From the NCBI GenBank assembly GCA_950079155.1, contig CATMWH010000002.1, positions 14,929-78,928 on the forward strand: 64,000 bases of DNA. The letters run 5' to 3'. This DNA is from an uncultured Christensenella sp. (GTDB lineage: Bacteria > Bacillota > Clostridia > Christensenellales > UBA3700). Of this stretch, positions 29,533 to 38,259 are shown one piece after another. How positions within the stretch are numbered: the first letter of the stretch is position 1; every line of letters starts with the position of its first letter. The notes beneath the pieces are model-generated. The model was given only the letters and a program-made list of their open reading frames with translations. It was not told the origin of the DNA and did not search any database. A program made the position numbers and the translations under genes.

Positions 29533-29946
29533 ATGAAACTCAATTTAGCAAACATTAAAGCAATTAAACGCGATAGCGACAATAAACTTGTCAAACGCGT
29601 TTGTAACTACGTCATTAGTAGATGGAACGATTACGACGATAAGACTTACATATTCAAAGACGTACTCTATCACGGTTGCGTGTCAGGTATTGTCGGCGAA
29701 CTTATCTACTACTCGGACACGTTGAGATTCTACAAGCAATATCGAAACGAGATAAACAACCTATTGAGCGAACAAATGCAATCAATGGGTTGTTTTTCTT
29801 TACAAGAAATGTTTGGCGATAAATTTGACGAAGAAGATCCACTCATTATCGACTGCCACAATCAGAACTTGATGGCGTGGTACGGCTTTGAAGAAACGCT
29901 ACGAAATATCGGCTACAACTTTGAACAATTAGAAAACTTTATATAA
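29533..29946 (+). CDS. Hypothetical protein (137 aa)
   Basis: ORF track. AAAGGAGA RBS. Confidence 0.6.
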   Translation: MKLNLANIKAIKRDSDNKLVKRVCNYVISRWNDYDDKTYIFKDVLYHGCVSGIVGELIYYSDTLRFYKQYRNEINNLLSEQMQSMGCFSLQEMFGDKFDEEDPLIIDCHNQNLMAWYGFEETLRNIGYNFEQLENFI

Positions 29947-29961
29947 AAAGGAGATATAAAT

Positions 29962-30381
29962 ATGAAAATGAAAATTAGCAAAGAACTCAAAAAAGAGAAA
30001 GCAATCGAGATTTTGAATAATCTCAACATCTACAAGCCTTACGTTGAAGGCTTTAAGGACAAAGACCAAGTTTGCTTCTTTGAAAACTTTGGCGGTTATT
30101 GGGTATTCCAAGAGCCGGAGATTGAAAAGAAAATGCGTGAAATTGAGAGCAAGTATAACTGCACCGTTTACGCAATCACTCACGAATATACCGAGTTCGG
30201 CGAGTTGTACGATTTCCTTATAGTAACCGACCACAAAATCGAGTGGAAAACGTTGGTTAATTCACAAGGAAATACTCATACCGCATTTGCATACGTTTGG
30301 AACAAAGACGCTGAATATTGCAGTGAATTTGGAGACGTTACCGTACAATCATTCGGCGGTGGAATAAGGAGAATCGCATAA
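29962..30381 (+). CDS. Hypothetical protein (139 aa)
   Basis: ORF track. AAAGGAGA RBS. Confidence 0.6.
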   Translation: MKMKISKELKKEKAIEILNNLNIYKPYVEGFKDKDQVCFFENFGGYWVFQEPEIEKKMREIESKYNCTVYAITHEYTEFGELYDFLIVTDHKIEWKTLVNSQGNTHTAFAYVWNKDAEYCSEFGDVTVQSFGGGIRRIA

Positions 30382-30382
30382 T

Positions 30383-30688
30383 ATGAAAGTATATATTGTT
30401 AAATTAGATTGGTCTACTACTGATAGCGGAGATATAAAACTTTTCACTTACAGCACTTACGACAAAGCATACGCTAAATTCAAAGAGCTAATATCCGACG
30501 AACTTAACCCCGACAATTCTTGGGTTGGCGACATTGAATGGAATGATGAAGGACAACCTACTGAACATTACATATTTGAGTATGACGATGACAATTCCAA
30601 TGAGAACGAAGTATATTGGCATATCACCGACGAATGGGATTGGTATAAACATACTTTTATAGACTTAATAATAAAGGAGATAGAATAA
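30383..30688 (+). CDS. Hypothetical small acidic protein (101 aa)
   Basis: ORF track. Starts 1 nt after the previous stop. Asp/Glu/Trp-rich (possible DNA-mimic-like composition). Confidence 0.55.
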   Translation: MKVYIVKLDWSTTDSGDIKLFTYSTYDKAYAKFKELISDELNPDNSWVGDIEWNDEGQPTEHYIFEYDDDNSNENEVYWHITDEWDWYKHTFIDLIIKEIE

Positions 30689-30689
30689 T

Positions 30690-30950
30690 ATGAAAAACAC
30701 AAAAGAAATTCAAACAATCTTAACTGCCGTCTATTGCTTAAATCACTCAAAGCAAGAGAACAAAGATAAAGACATTGCGCAGATATGCGAATATGCTTTC
30801 GCTAGAATCTTCGATAGCAATACTAACCTGCTTATCGCTTGCTGTACCGGTAAAACTTACGAAGGAATCTTGGAAGAAGTAATTGAGATAATGTATACAG
30901 AAACCAAGTACAAAGAATATATTGACTCAAAGAAAGGAGATAACCAATGA
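30690..30950 (+). CDS. Hypothetical protein (86 aa)
   Basis: ORF track. AAGGAGA RBS. Starts 1 nt after the previous stop. Confidence 0.55.
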   Translation: MKNTKEIQTILTAVYCLNHSKQENKDKDIAQICEYAFARIFDSNTNLLIACCTGKTYEGILEEVIEIMYTETKYKEYIDSKKGDNQ

Positions 30951-31123
30951 ATACGACAAAGGCTCATATCTTCTCACTCGGCGGTGAGATAGACGAAGTA
31001 ACAATAATTGAACGTAAAGACAACAATCATATCATAGTTGATTATCGCGGTGTTAAATGCACGGCGATTTTTAATATATTCGATTGCTCTTATTACGTAG
31101 ACGACATATTCGGGAGAATTTAA
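30947..31123 (+). CDS. Hypothetical small protein (58 aa), below the ORF-track cutoff
   Basis: Own translation: MNTTKAHIFSLGGEIDEVTIIERKDNNHIIVDYRGVKCTAIFNIFDCSYYVDDIFGRI*. ATGA overlap with the upstream stop; AAGGAGA RBS. Confidence 0.45.
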   Translation: MNTTKAHIFSLGGEIDEVTIIERKDNNHIIVDYRGVKCTAIFNIFDCSYYVDDIFGRI

Positions 31124-31125
31124 CA

Positions 31126-31341
31126 ATGACAAACATACAAAGACTTATAAATGATAGCAACAAAAACTGCAAAATATTCGCCAACACAATCGTAAACTTA
31201 ATGCAATCACAAGGTTTCTACGGAAGATTTTGTAGAACGATAAACGAGTTGGATGAAGAAAACTACTCTATTCTTTATCACGAATTATCTAGGCAAGATT
31301 TCAAAGATAGTTTAGACGTCGTATTTTGGTTGGAGTGCTAA
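31126..31341 (+). CDS. Hypothetical small protein (71 aa)
   Basis: Track ORF 31084..31341 trimmed to ATG 31126 (MTNIQRL), 2 nt after the previous stop. Confidence 0.5.
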   Translation: MTNIQRLINDSNKNCKIFANTIVNLMQSQGFYGRFCRTINELDEENYSILYHELSRQDFKDSLDVVFWLEC

Positions 31342-31343
31342 CT

Positions 31344-31547
31344 ATGAATTACGGATACAAACTTTGTTACAAAAAGCAAGACGATAGTAAGTGGAAAGTA
31401 TATATCGTAACAAACACTTATAGACTAGCCGATTGGCACAAACAAGCCTACGAAAAAAACTCTCCACTTAAAAACGTAACTTGGGAAGTACGACCAATAA
31501 ATACATATTGGGAATACATGCAACGTTGGAAAGGTTGCCCGTTCTGA
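31344..31547 (+). CDS. Hypothetical small protein (67 aa)
   Basis: Track ORF 31326..31547 trimmed to ATG 31344 (MNYGYKL), 2 nt after the previous stop. Confidence 0.5.
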   Translation: MNYGYKLCYKKQDDSKWKVYIVTNTYRLADWHKQAYEKNSPLKNVTWEVRPINTYWEYMQRWKGCPF

Positions 31548-31603
31548 AAAGAGCGGGCTTTTCAATATACAAACAAATAATAAATCAAAGGAGATAAAAC
31601 TAT

Positions 31604-32563
31604 ATGGCAAAATTAAACTTAACTGCTAACGGACCTGCGCAAGAACGAATACTCGCCTATCTCGAAGAAAATGCCAGCGACGTATTGGTAGAGAAAATCA
31701 ACAACGGAACTGCCATTGAAAAAGACGGCAAACAACTTATCAATAAAAAGACACTTGACGGCTTTATGCAATATGCTACCGACGAGGCAAAAAAGATTGC
31801 CGAGAAAAATGTGCGTTATGCTTGCGTAGAAGATACGACCGTCTATGGTTGGGCTATTCATTACTTTGAAGAAGAAAGTATCGAAGGCACGTTATACACC
31901 GACAAAGGCACGGAATACAAGCCGGCAACAAAAACACCAACGCCGAAAAAAATGACTACACCTATTGCAGTTGCTAAACCGAAACAGCCTTCTAACGGAC
32001 AAACTTCTCTATTCGATCTTATAGACGCACAGTTGGAAAAGAAAGACGATAACAAAAATACGGAAAAAATCGAAAGCGAAGAAGATGAAATAGAAGAAAC
32101 GGAAGAAGAAACAATAAAAGTCGAAAAAGAAACGCCGGCGGTTGAACAAAAACCGCAAGTGCCAAAATGGTATTTGGATTATCTTGATACAAAAGAAAAA
32201 TATCCGCAAGACATTATTTTATATCATCTCGGCGACTTCTATGAGGCGTTCAGTAAAGACGCTATTACATTGGCAAAAGAATTGGACTTAACACTCACAA
32301 GTCGAGATATGAAACTCAAAGAACGTGTGCCAATAGTAGGATTCCCCTACCACGTCAAATACAATTACATAAGCAAGATACGAGAAAAGCACAATGTAGT
32401 TATTATGGAACACGAAGTTAATCAAAGGCTTCCGCAAACAACAGCAAAAACAAACGACGGAAATATCGTCGAAATAGACACGGGCGAAATCATTGGCGAA
32501 AATAATCCTTACGTTAAAAAACTTTCCGCTTTGCTCGATTGTCAAATAAAATTTGTGAGGTAA
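31604..32563 (+). CDS. Fusion protein: PcfK-like (AcrIIA9-family-like) N-terminal domain, acidic linker, MutS domain I (mismatch-recognition domain) only
   Basis: C-terminal YPQDIILYHLGDFYEAFSKDAITLAKELDLTLTSRD...VPIVGFPYHVKYNYISKIREKHNVVIMEH aligns with the MutS N-terminus (hPdalLfyRmGDFYElFyeDA..a..lL.itLT.R....pipMaGvPyHa...Yl.kLv..G.kVaicEQ), including the GDFYE Phe-x-Glu motif. The N-terminal ERILAYLEEN...GWAIHYFEEESIEG resembles PcfK-like proteins, from memory. Confidence 0.7.
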   Translation: MAKLNLTANGPAQERILAYLEENASDVLVEKINNGTAIEKDGKQLINKKTLDGFMQYATDEAKKIAEKNVRYACVEDTTVYGWAIHYFEEESIEGTLYTDKGTEYKPATKTPTPKKMTTPIAVAKPKQPSNGQTSLFDLIDAQLEKKDDNKNTEKIESEEDEIEETEEETIKVEKETPAVEQKPQVPKWYLDYLDTKEKYPQDIILYHLGDFYEAFSKDAITLAKELDLTLTSRDMKLKERVPIVGFPYHVKYNYISKIREKHNVVIMEHEVNQRLPQTTAKTNDGNIVEIDTGEIIGENNPYVKKLSALLDCQIKFVR

Positions 32564-32566
32564 AAA

Positions 32567-33886
32567 ATGTTAAACGCAAATAGTATTAAACCGATTCCAA
32601 AGTATATATTAAAACTTATTCAAAAGGCGGATAAGAAAGATCATCCGGCACAAGACGGCATTGCAAGATATTATTCATACCTTGCCAAACTAGATGGCGA
32701 ACTTGTACAAATAACGGTTGCTTGCAAAAATAGATATAAAAATTGGTACTGCAAGCAAGTCGCTATTCACGACGTCCACTCTCCCGATTGTCTTATAAAA
32801 GACATAGACTTTTATTATATTGCAGGATACGTAATAGATTGGTATGAAGAAGGACTAACTAAATATCCAAAATGGAAAGGCTGTGGCAAATGGTTTCCAG
32901 CGGATAGTAAATACTTCAATATGTATGCCCCAATAGTCAATATAAAATACGCTTTAAACTTTTCTCAATATAAATACAGCGCAGTAGATTTATACAAATA
33001 TACGAACGTTCTCGTATATCTAAAATATTATGAACAATATCCACACGCTGAATTATTAGTTAAATTCGGACTTTCTAAATACGCAACAAGTAAACAAATA
33101 CTGTGTAAAACAGCCAAAGACAAAAGTTTTTGCAAGTGGCTAATACGCAATAGCAAAGAATTGACATCGCACGATTACTATGTAAGCACCCTACTAAAAG
33201 CATATAAGACCGATAAGCCGTTAGCAATAATCCAACAACTTGAAAAAGATAAAAAAGTATTTTGCCAAAAATATAATTATAGCGACATTAAAGCGTTATT
33301 CAAAACGGACAACGAGATATCCACATTATTTGATTACATAGAAAAACAAGAAACCCATATATCCGCATACAATGATTATTTGAAAGCGTGCAATTACTTG
33401 GGGCTTGATATGAATCAAAATAAAAATAGACTTCCCCACGACTTCAAGCGATGGCACGATATAAGAATTGACGAATACCAAACGGCAAAAGCATTGAAAG
33501 ACGAGCAAGAGCGAAAAGAACTATATATTAAATTCGCTAGCATTGCCGAGAAATATCTACCGTTGCAAAGAGATAGAGACAACGCCTACGTAGTAGTAAT
33601 TGCCAAAAGTCCAGCCGACTTGATGCGAGAAGGCGACATACTCCATCATTGCGTTGGAAAAATGAATTACGACCAGCGAATGATAAGAGAAGAAAGTCTT
33701 ATCTTTTTTATACGAGATAAGAACTCTCCCGACGTTCCGTTCGTAACAATAGAATACTCATTGAAACAACATAAAGTCTTGCAATGTTACGGGGATAGAG
33801 ATTCCAAACCAAACGAAAACGTACTTAACTTCGTAAATAAAAAATGGCTACCCTACGCCAACAAAAAATTAAAACAAATAGCATAA
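32567..33886 (+). CDS. PcfJ-like protein
   Basis: C-terminal LMREGDILHHCVGKMNYDQR...FFIRDKNSPDVPFVTIEY...VLQCYGDRDSKP matches my recollection of the PcfJ-like family signature (E..M.HCV..Y....G....F). It sits immediately after the PcfK-like gene, as in pCF10-type pairs. Confidence 0.6.
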   Translation: MLNANSIKPIPKYILKLIQKADKKDHPAQDGIARYYSYLAKLDGELVQITVACKNRYKNWYCKQVAIHDVHSPDCLIKDIDFYYIAGYVIDWYEEGLTKYPKWKGCGKWFPADSKYFNMYAPIVNIKYALNFSQYKYSAVDLYKYTNVLVYLKYYEQYPHAELLVKFGLSKYATSKQILCKTAKDKSFCKWLIRNSKELTSHDYYVSTLLKAYKTDKPLAIIQQLEKDKKVFCQKYNYSDIKALFKTDNEISTLFDYIEKQETHISAYNDYLKACNYLGLDMNQNKNRLPHDFKRWHDIRIDEYQTAKALKDEQERKELYIKFASIAEKYLPLQRDRDNAYVVVIAKSPADLMREGDILHHCVGKMNYDQRMIREESLIFFIRDKNSPDVPFVTIEYSLKQHKVLQCYGDRDSKPNENVLNFVNKKWLPYANKKLKQIA

Positions 33887-33905
33887 ATAAAAGGAGATTA
33901 CAACA

Positions 33906-34229
33906 ATGACAAATTATTTTAGAATTACTGCATACCATGAGAAAGAAAACTTATCCGCAATTATTGATAGCAACGGAAAATTTGAAAAACTTTGGCAATT
34001 CAGTTCTTACGTATTGCAAAAAGGCTTTACTATATTAGAAGTGTCCAATGCGGATAACTTTATAGACGTCAATTTTGATCTTGCCAATAAAGATACGCAA
34101 CACGTTCTTTTGAGAGCGGCACAATCAGGCAAACCTGAATATATAAAGCACTACATAGGCGACGTACCTTACAAAGCCGTACAAGTAAACGATATGATTT
34201 ATATACCAGAAAGAACACAAATGATTTAA
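33906..34229 (+). CDS. Hypothetical protein (107 aa)
   Basis: ORF track. AAAGGAGA RBS. Confidence 0.55.
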   Translation: MTNYFRITAYHEKENLSAIIDSNGKFEKLWQFSSYVLQKGFTILEVSNADNFIDVNFDLANKDTQHVLLRAAQSGKPEYIKHYIGDVPYKAVQVNDMIYIPERTQMI

Positions 34230-34325
34230 TCAAAATTTAATCTGGGATTCCTTATGGTTTCCCAGATTTGCAATATAGCACATAATTTTCCCTAAAATAC
34301 ATAAAAAAATAGAGAGGCGATTTAT

Positions 34326-34562
34326 ATGAAAGAAATAATAATACAACGAAAAAAGATTTGGATTATTTTTAATGATAAGGAGTTATTATCAAAACCTATA
34401 TGTAAGATACAAACTACTGATAATAATGAAGAATATTATCTTGGAATTCACCTGCTGAAAATCCATAAATATGCTATTAATGAAGAAGACCTAATAGACA
34501 GTCCAAAAGATTTACCAAATTTTAATCTTTCGCAATTTATAAGTAGATATGCCACAAAATAA
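34326..34562 (+). CDS. Hypothetical protein (78 aa)
   Basis: ORF track. GAGAGG RBS. Last plus-strand gene before the convergent defence block. Confidence 0.45.
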   Translation: MKEIIIQRKKIWIIFNDKELLSKPICKIQTTDNNEEYYLGIHLLKIHKYAINEEDLIDSPKDLPNFNLSQFISRYATK

Positions 34563-34576
34563 TTTATGGCATATCT
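34545..34576. terminator. Hairpin between convergent genes (bidirectional terminator candidate)
   Basis: agatatgcca-(12 nt)-tggcatatct, a perfect 10-bp stem spanning the stop of 34326..34562 and ending 3 nt before the stop of 34579..36582. Confidence 0.5.
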
Positions 34577-34578
34577 AT

Positions 34579-36582
34579 CTAATCAATATCAATTAATACA
34601 TTATCTTGATTCTTAGCCGCTGCTTTAATTGACTCCGCTATGAACCTAAATTGCGGTTTACTATGTATCTCTATAATCCATTTATTGCTTTCCATATTAG
34701 GTTGAACTATAAATAACATATCACAATTTGTAAATTCAAAAAGTGAATTTATATCAATTCCATCAGACTTTAAAAATGCACCAGCCGAAATAAATGAAAT
34801 ATGAGAAAGATCGCATACTGAATCCGCTATTATCCAATCTGCATTTACTGTTTCTTTTACCACACTTGGCTTATAGGTAAATAAATGTTCCAAGTAATGC
34901 TTTAAAGCATCTCCAATATTATTCTCTAAATCATTTACGCGTTCTTTGGATTCAATAATTAATAATAATGGATTATCCGTAATATCAAATAATTCTATAA
35001 TATGATCAGGCCGTTTTCCATTTGGACTAACACGAGGCAGTGATAACCAACGATATTCTTTCCCTTCCAATAGTACAGAAAGACCACTCCAATCTCCGCC
35101 AGGTGGATTGCACAAGCCTTCAAAACTATGTTCTTCCATTAAATATTTAAAAATATAATGCATTATAGCGTCAACATCGTTTTCTTGATAACGCTTTGGC
35201 ACATTTGATACAATATCAATAGTTGTATCTTGACTGTTATTCAAGACATTCTGTTTAAAATCAGTGTTATATATCGTCAATTCAATACTTTCATCTGAAT
35301 CCACACATGGAGCATCTACTATAATTAAATCGCTAATACCTATTATCGATCTCCACAAACCATTATCATAGAACAATGATTTATAATTTGTTTGCAATTT
35401 GTTTGCATTTGTTTTAACAATTGGTCCAAAAAGAAATGTTAAGACTTTAACGTCCTCATTTAACAGCATTGTAGCAAAGGGCAAGGCACCTCTGTCTGGT
35501 CGATTATCATCCCCTCGTGGTTTAAACCCCTTTAATATACAAACAAGTAAATCTTCATTTGCCAATAACAAATTACATACTTTTTCGTCAGTAATACTAT
35601 ATAATGCTATTACCTCATTAGCAAAAGCCTGCTTATTTTCAGAAGGTATTAATCCAAAAGGCAAATCGTTTGACGCAATACCAACAGCATATTTAGAACA
35701 AATATCTCGAAATGCCTCTGCATGTCCGAATAACGACTTCCCTGCTATTTTCTTTTTAAACCCTAATTTCTTTTGTTTACTGTAATCAATTATATCTATA
35801 TTTTCATCATATAACTTGTCCCAATCCGAATCCAAGAAAGCCCCTTTTGCATTTGACGCTAAAAAATTAACCATTTTCTTATTCTTTTCTAGCAATAATC
35901 TTTCAATTTGAATTGTATTTTGATGCATCATTCTACCCAATAAAAACTCAGCTATTTGTTGTTCGCCAAATAGATCTCTTGGAAAATCTTTCAGTGAATC
36001 ATCAAATTCCGGTTGAAATTCCTCTGCTTTGATATAGGCTTGTGTAACTAAATTTTGCGTATGTTTAGAATGAGTTATATAACTGAAAGCAACCGCCGGA
36101 TTTGGAAATCGTAATGCTTTTCTACTACGGCTTAATGTATCTAATTCATATTTAACAAAATCTAAAATGTAAATGTAAGGACAATTAGTGCGCCCAACTG
36201 AATAAGCCCTACCACTTCTTTGCCAAGCCTGATTACCAGCCTGTAATGCACTACAAAACTCAATAGCCGCAACTATATTTTCTTTGTTTTGACTTAATTC
36301 AGTAAGTATTATATCTGGTGCTTCATCAAGAAAACATCCTTCTGTTTTTAACAATTCTAAAATATTAGTATCCCACCTATCATTATGGCTTTTATTAAAA
36401 CCTGGAAAATACTCTAATTTAAATTCAGATTCAATTGGTGCGGTAGCATGTATTTTTACGTAAGGACATGCTAATGACGCAAACCCTCTTTCAATAAAAA
36501 TAGGTTTACAATACTTTATCAACAAATCTGCTATGCGTTCACATTCAACTATATTATCGCCATGTAATCTAAAAATTTTCAT
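34579..36582 (-). CDS. Putative restriction endonuclease with two PD-(D/E)xK-like regions (type IIS-like partner of two methyltransferases)
   Basis: C-terminal GKRPDHIIELF...LLLIIESKER is a canonical PD...ExK. The N-terminal EAPDIILTEL...VAAIEFCSA is a degenerate PD...E motif. Last gene of the four-gene operon, 7 nt after the Dam-like MTase. Confidence 0.55.
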   Translation of the reverse strand: MKIFRLHGDNIVECERIADLLIKYCKPIFIERGFASLACPYVKIHATAPIESEFKLEYFPGFNKSHNDRWDTNILELLKTEGCFLDEAPDIILTELSQNKENIVAAIEFCSALQAGNQAWQRSGRAYSVGRTNCPYIYILDFVKYELDTLSRSRKALRFPNPAVAFSYITHSKHTQNLVTQAYIKAEEFQPEFDDSLKDFPRDLFGEQQIAEFLLGRMMHQNTIQIERLLLEKNKKMVNFLASNAKGAFLDSDWDKLYDENIDIIDYSKQKKLGFKKKIAGKSLFGHAEAFRDICSKYAVGIASNDLPFGLIPSENKQAFANEVIALYSITDEKVCNLLLANEDLLVCILKGFKPRGDDNRPDRGALPFATMLLNEDVKVLTFLFGPIVKTNANKLQTNYKSLFYDNGLWRSIIGISDLIIVDAPCVDSDESIELTIYNTDFKQNVLNNSQDTTIDIVSNVPKRYQENDVDAIMHYIFKYLMEEHSFEGLCNPPGGDWSGLSVLLEGKEYRWLSLPRVSPNGKRPDHIIELFDITDNPLLLIIESKERVNDLENNIGDALKHYLEHLFTYKPSVVKETVNADWIIADSVCDLSHISFISAGAFLKSDGIDINSLFEFTNCDMLFIVQPNMESNKWIIEIHSKPQFRFIAESIKAAAKNQDNVLIDID

Positions 36583-36589
36583 ATACTCC

Positions 36590-37393
36590 CTACCAATTTA
36601 GATACAATGTCTCAAATACGTCTTCTGAAACATTATCAATTACTTTTCTAAAAGTGGATTTTCCTGATTTAATAATTTCTTTCCTCACATATAAATCTTG
36701 CGGCATATCAACACTATATGAGTTTGCGCCACGTTGTCCATCAAACGACAATGCATATTTAACATTTCTGGCATTTAATTCACGCAAATAGTTGAAAAAA
36801 TCAAGATAATCAATTTTCCCATAATATCTTCCTTTCGTATTATAATATGGTGGATCAAGATATATAAAGTCTCCCTCTTGTGCTGTTAAAGTTGATTCTC
36901 TATAATCTTTACAAACAAATTCCACATTCTGGATTCTATTATGCCAATCAAAAATAATTTTGCATAACCTTTCTGGTTCAATTCCTTTACGTGTATAATG
37001 CAATGAATTATTAAATTCACCATTTGAATTAAACCGAATCAATCCATTCACACAAGTTCTCGTTAAAAACAAAAAATCTAGTGGATTACCATCTATATTA
37101 AATCGTTCTCTTGCCTGATAATAAATCGTATAATCGGATTGTAATTCCTTCCAGCATTTCTTATAATACTCTGACAATAACAATGGATCTGTTTTAATCA
37201 AATTCCATAAATCAATTAAAGGTTTACAAATATCTCCACATATTGCCCTCTCAGGAGAAATAGCATACAACACAGACCCTCCTCCTATAAATGGTTCAAA
37301 ATAATTGTTAAAAGTTGGGGCCAAGTTAGCGATAAAATTTGCTTGACTGCTCTTACTTCCACTCCATTTTATAACAGGTTTAATCTTCATCAT
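36590..37393 (-). CDS. Dam-like (alpha-class, D12) N6-adenine DNA methyltransferase
   Basis: IKWSGSKSSQ (KWaGgK), FEPFIGGGSV (motif I), IYLDPPYYN (motif IV). Start set at the ATG-ATG pair 37393/37390, overlapping the upstream stop. Confidence 0.85.
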   Translation of the reverse strand: MMKIKPVIKWSGSKSSQANFIANLAPTFNNYFEPFIGGGSVLYAISPERAICGDICKPLIDLWNLIKTDPLLLSEYYKKCWKELQSDYTIYYQARERFNIDGNPLDFLFLTRTCVNGLIRFNSNGEFNNSLHYTRKGIEPERLCKIIFDWHNRIQNVEFVCKDYRESTLTAQEGDFIYLDPPYYNTKGRYYGKIDYLDFFNYLRELNARNVKYALSFDGQRGANSYSVDMPQDLYVRKEIIKSGKSTFRKVIDNVSEDVFETLYLNW

Positions 37394-38258
37394 TATCATC
37401 ACTTCCAAATATATCAAGTTTTAATTGCTCAATGTTTTCTTTTTCAATTGTTGCTTGCAATCTATCGACTGATGCTGCACAATAAGTACTATCTATTTCG
37501 AATCCTATATAATGCAAACCATTTTCTTTTGCTGCAACACACTCACTACCACTGCCACTAAAAGGGCACAACATTATTTGTCCTTTTTGAGCGGTTAATT
37601 TTATGATTCTATCTAAAATGCGCAATGGCTTTTGTGTCGGGTGTTCACACCAACCTAATTCAGATTTATTTTTGTTATTAGGAATATCCCATACTGTCCG
37701 CATTTGCTTACCTGGACTTTTCAGTTGATCCCCATCAAATGAACCATTTTTGCTAAACTCATAGTTAAAGTAATATTTTCGTTGTTTACCTCCTGAATGC
37801 ATCCACAAAATTGTTTCATGGCTTGCTGTTAAACGTCGCCCAGATAAATTTGGAAACGCGTTCCTTTTATACCAAGTAACTTCATTTATTATCTCAATCT
37901 CCAATAACTGACATATAACATTGATGATTCCTATGTTATGATAAGTTCCAAAAACCCACATAGAACCGGTCGGTTGTAAAATACGTTTTGCCTCAGAAAG
38001 CCATGCGCACGAGAATGTCCAATAATCATTTAAAGATAAATTGTCCCAATCTTCCATTACTTTATTCCAATTTCCACCCATTCCACTTAATCTGACACTA
38101 TTGTCCCATTGCAAAGAATTACCTTTTGACAAATTATATGGCGGATCAGCAATAATTAAGTCAATGGAATTGTCAGGAATATCTTTCATCCCTGAGATGC
38201 AATCCAAATTCAAAATTTTATCTAAATATTTATCTATGCTAGAGTAATCCTTTGACAT
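37380..38258 (-). CDS. Beta-class N6-adenine/N4-cytosine DNA methyltransferase
   Basis: DLIIADPPYNL (motif IV) precedes CPFSGSGSECVAA (motif I), which is the beta-class order. Start at ATG 38258 (MSKDYSS), 1 nt after the stop of the HEPN gene. Confidence 0.85.
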   Translation of the reverse strand: MSKDYSSIDKYLDKILNLDCISGMKDIPDNSIDLIIADPPYNLSKGNSLQWDNSVRLSGMGGNWNKVMEDWDNLSLNDYWTFSCAWLSEAKRILQPTGSMWVFGTYHNIGIINVICQLLEIEIINEVTWYKRNAFPNLSGRRLTASHETILWMHSGGKQRKYYFNYEFSKNGSFDGDQLKSPGKQMRTVWDIPNNKNKSELGWCEHPTQKPLRILDRIIKLTAQKGQIMLCPFSGSGSECVAAKENGLHYIGFEIDSTYCAASVDRLQATIEKENIEQLKLDIFGSDDNDED

Positions 38259-38259
38259 A

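Noticed and set aside
31548-31603. Possible terminator (gaaaag-agcggg-cttttc) between the small-gene cluster and the PcfK-like gene
   Set aside because: The stem is 6 bp with no clear T-run. That is insufficient to call a terminator, so the operon is treated as continuous.
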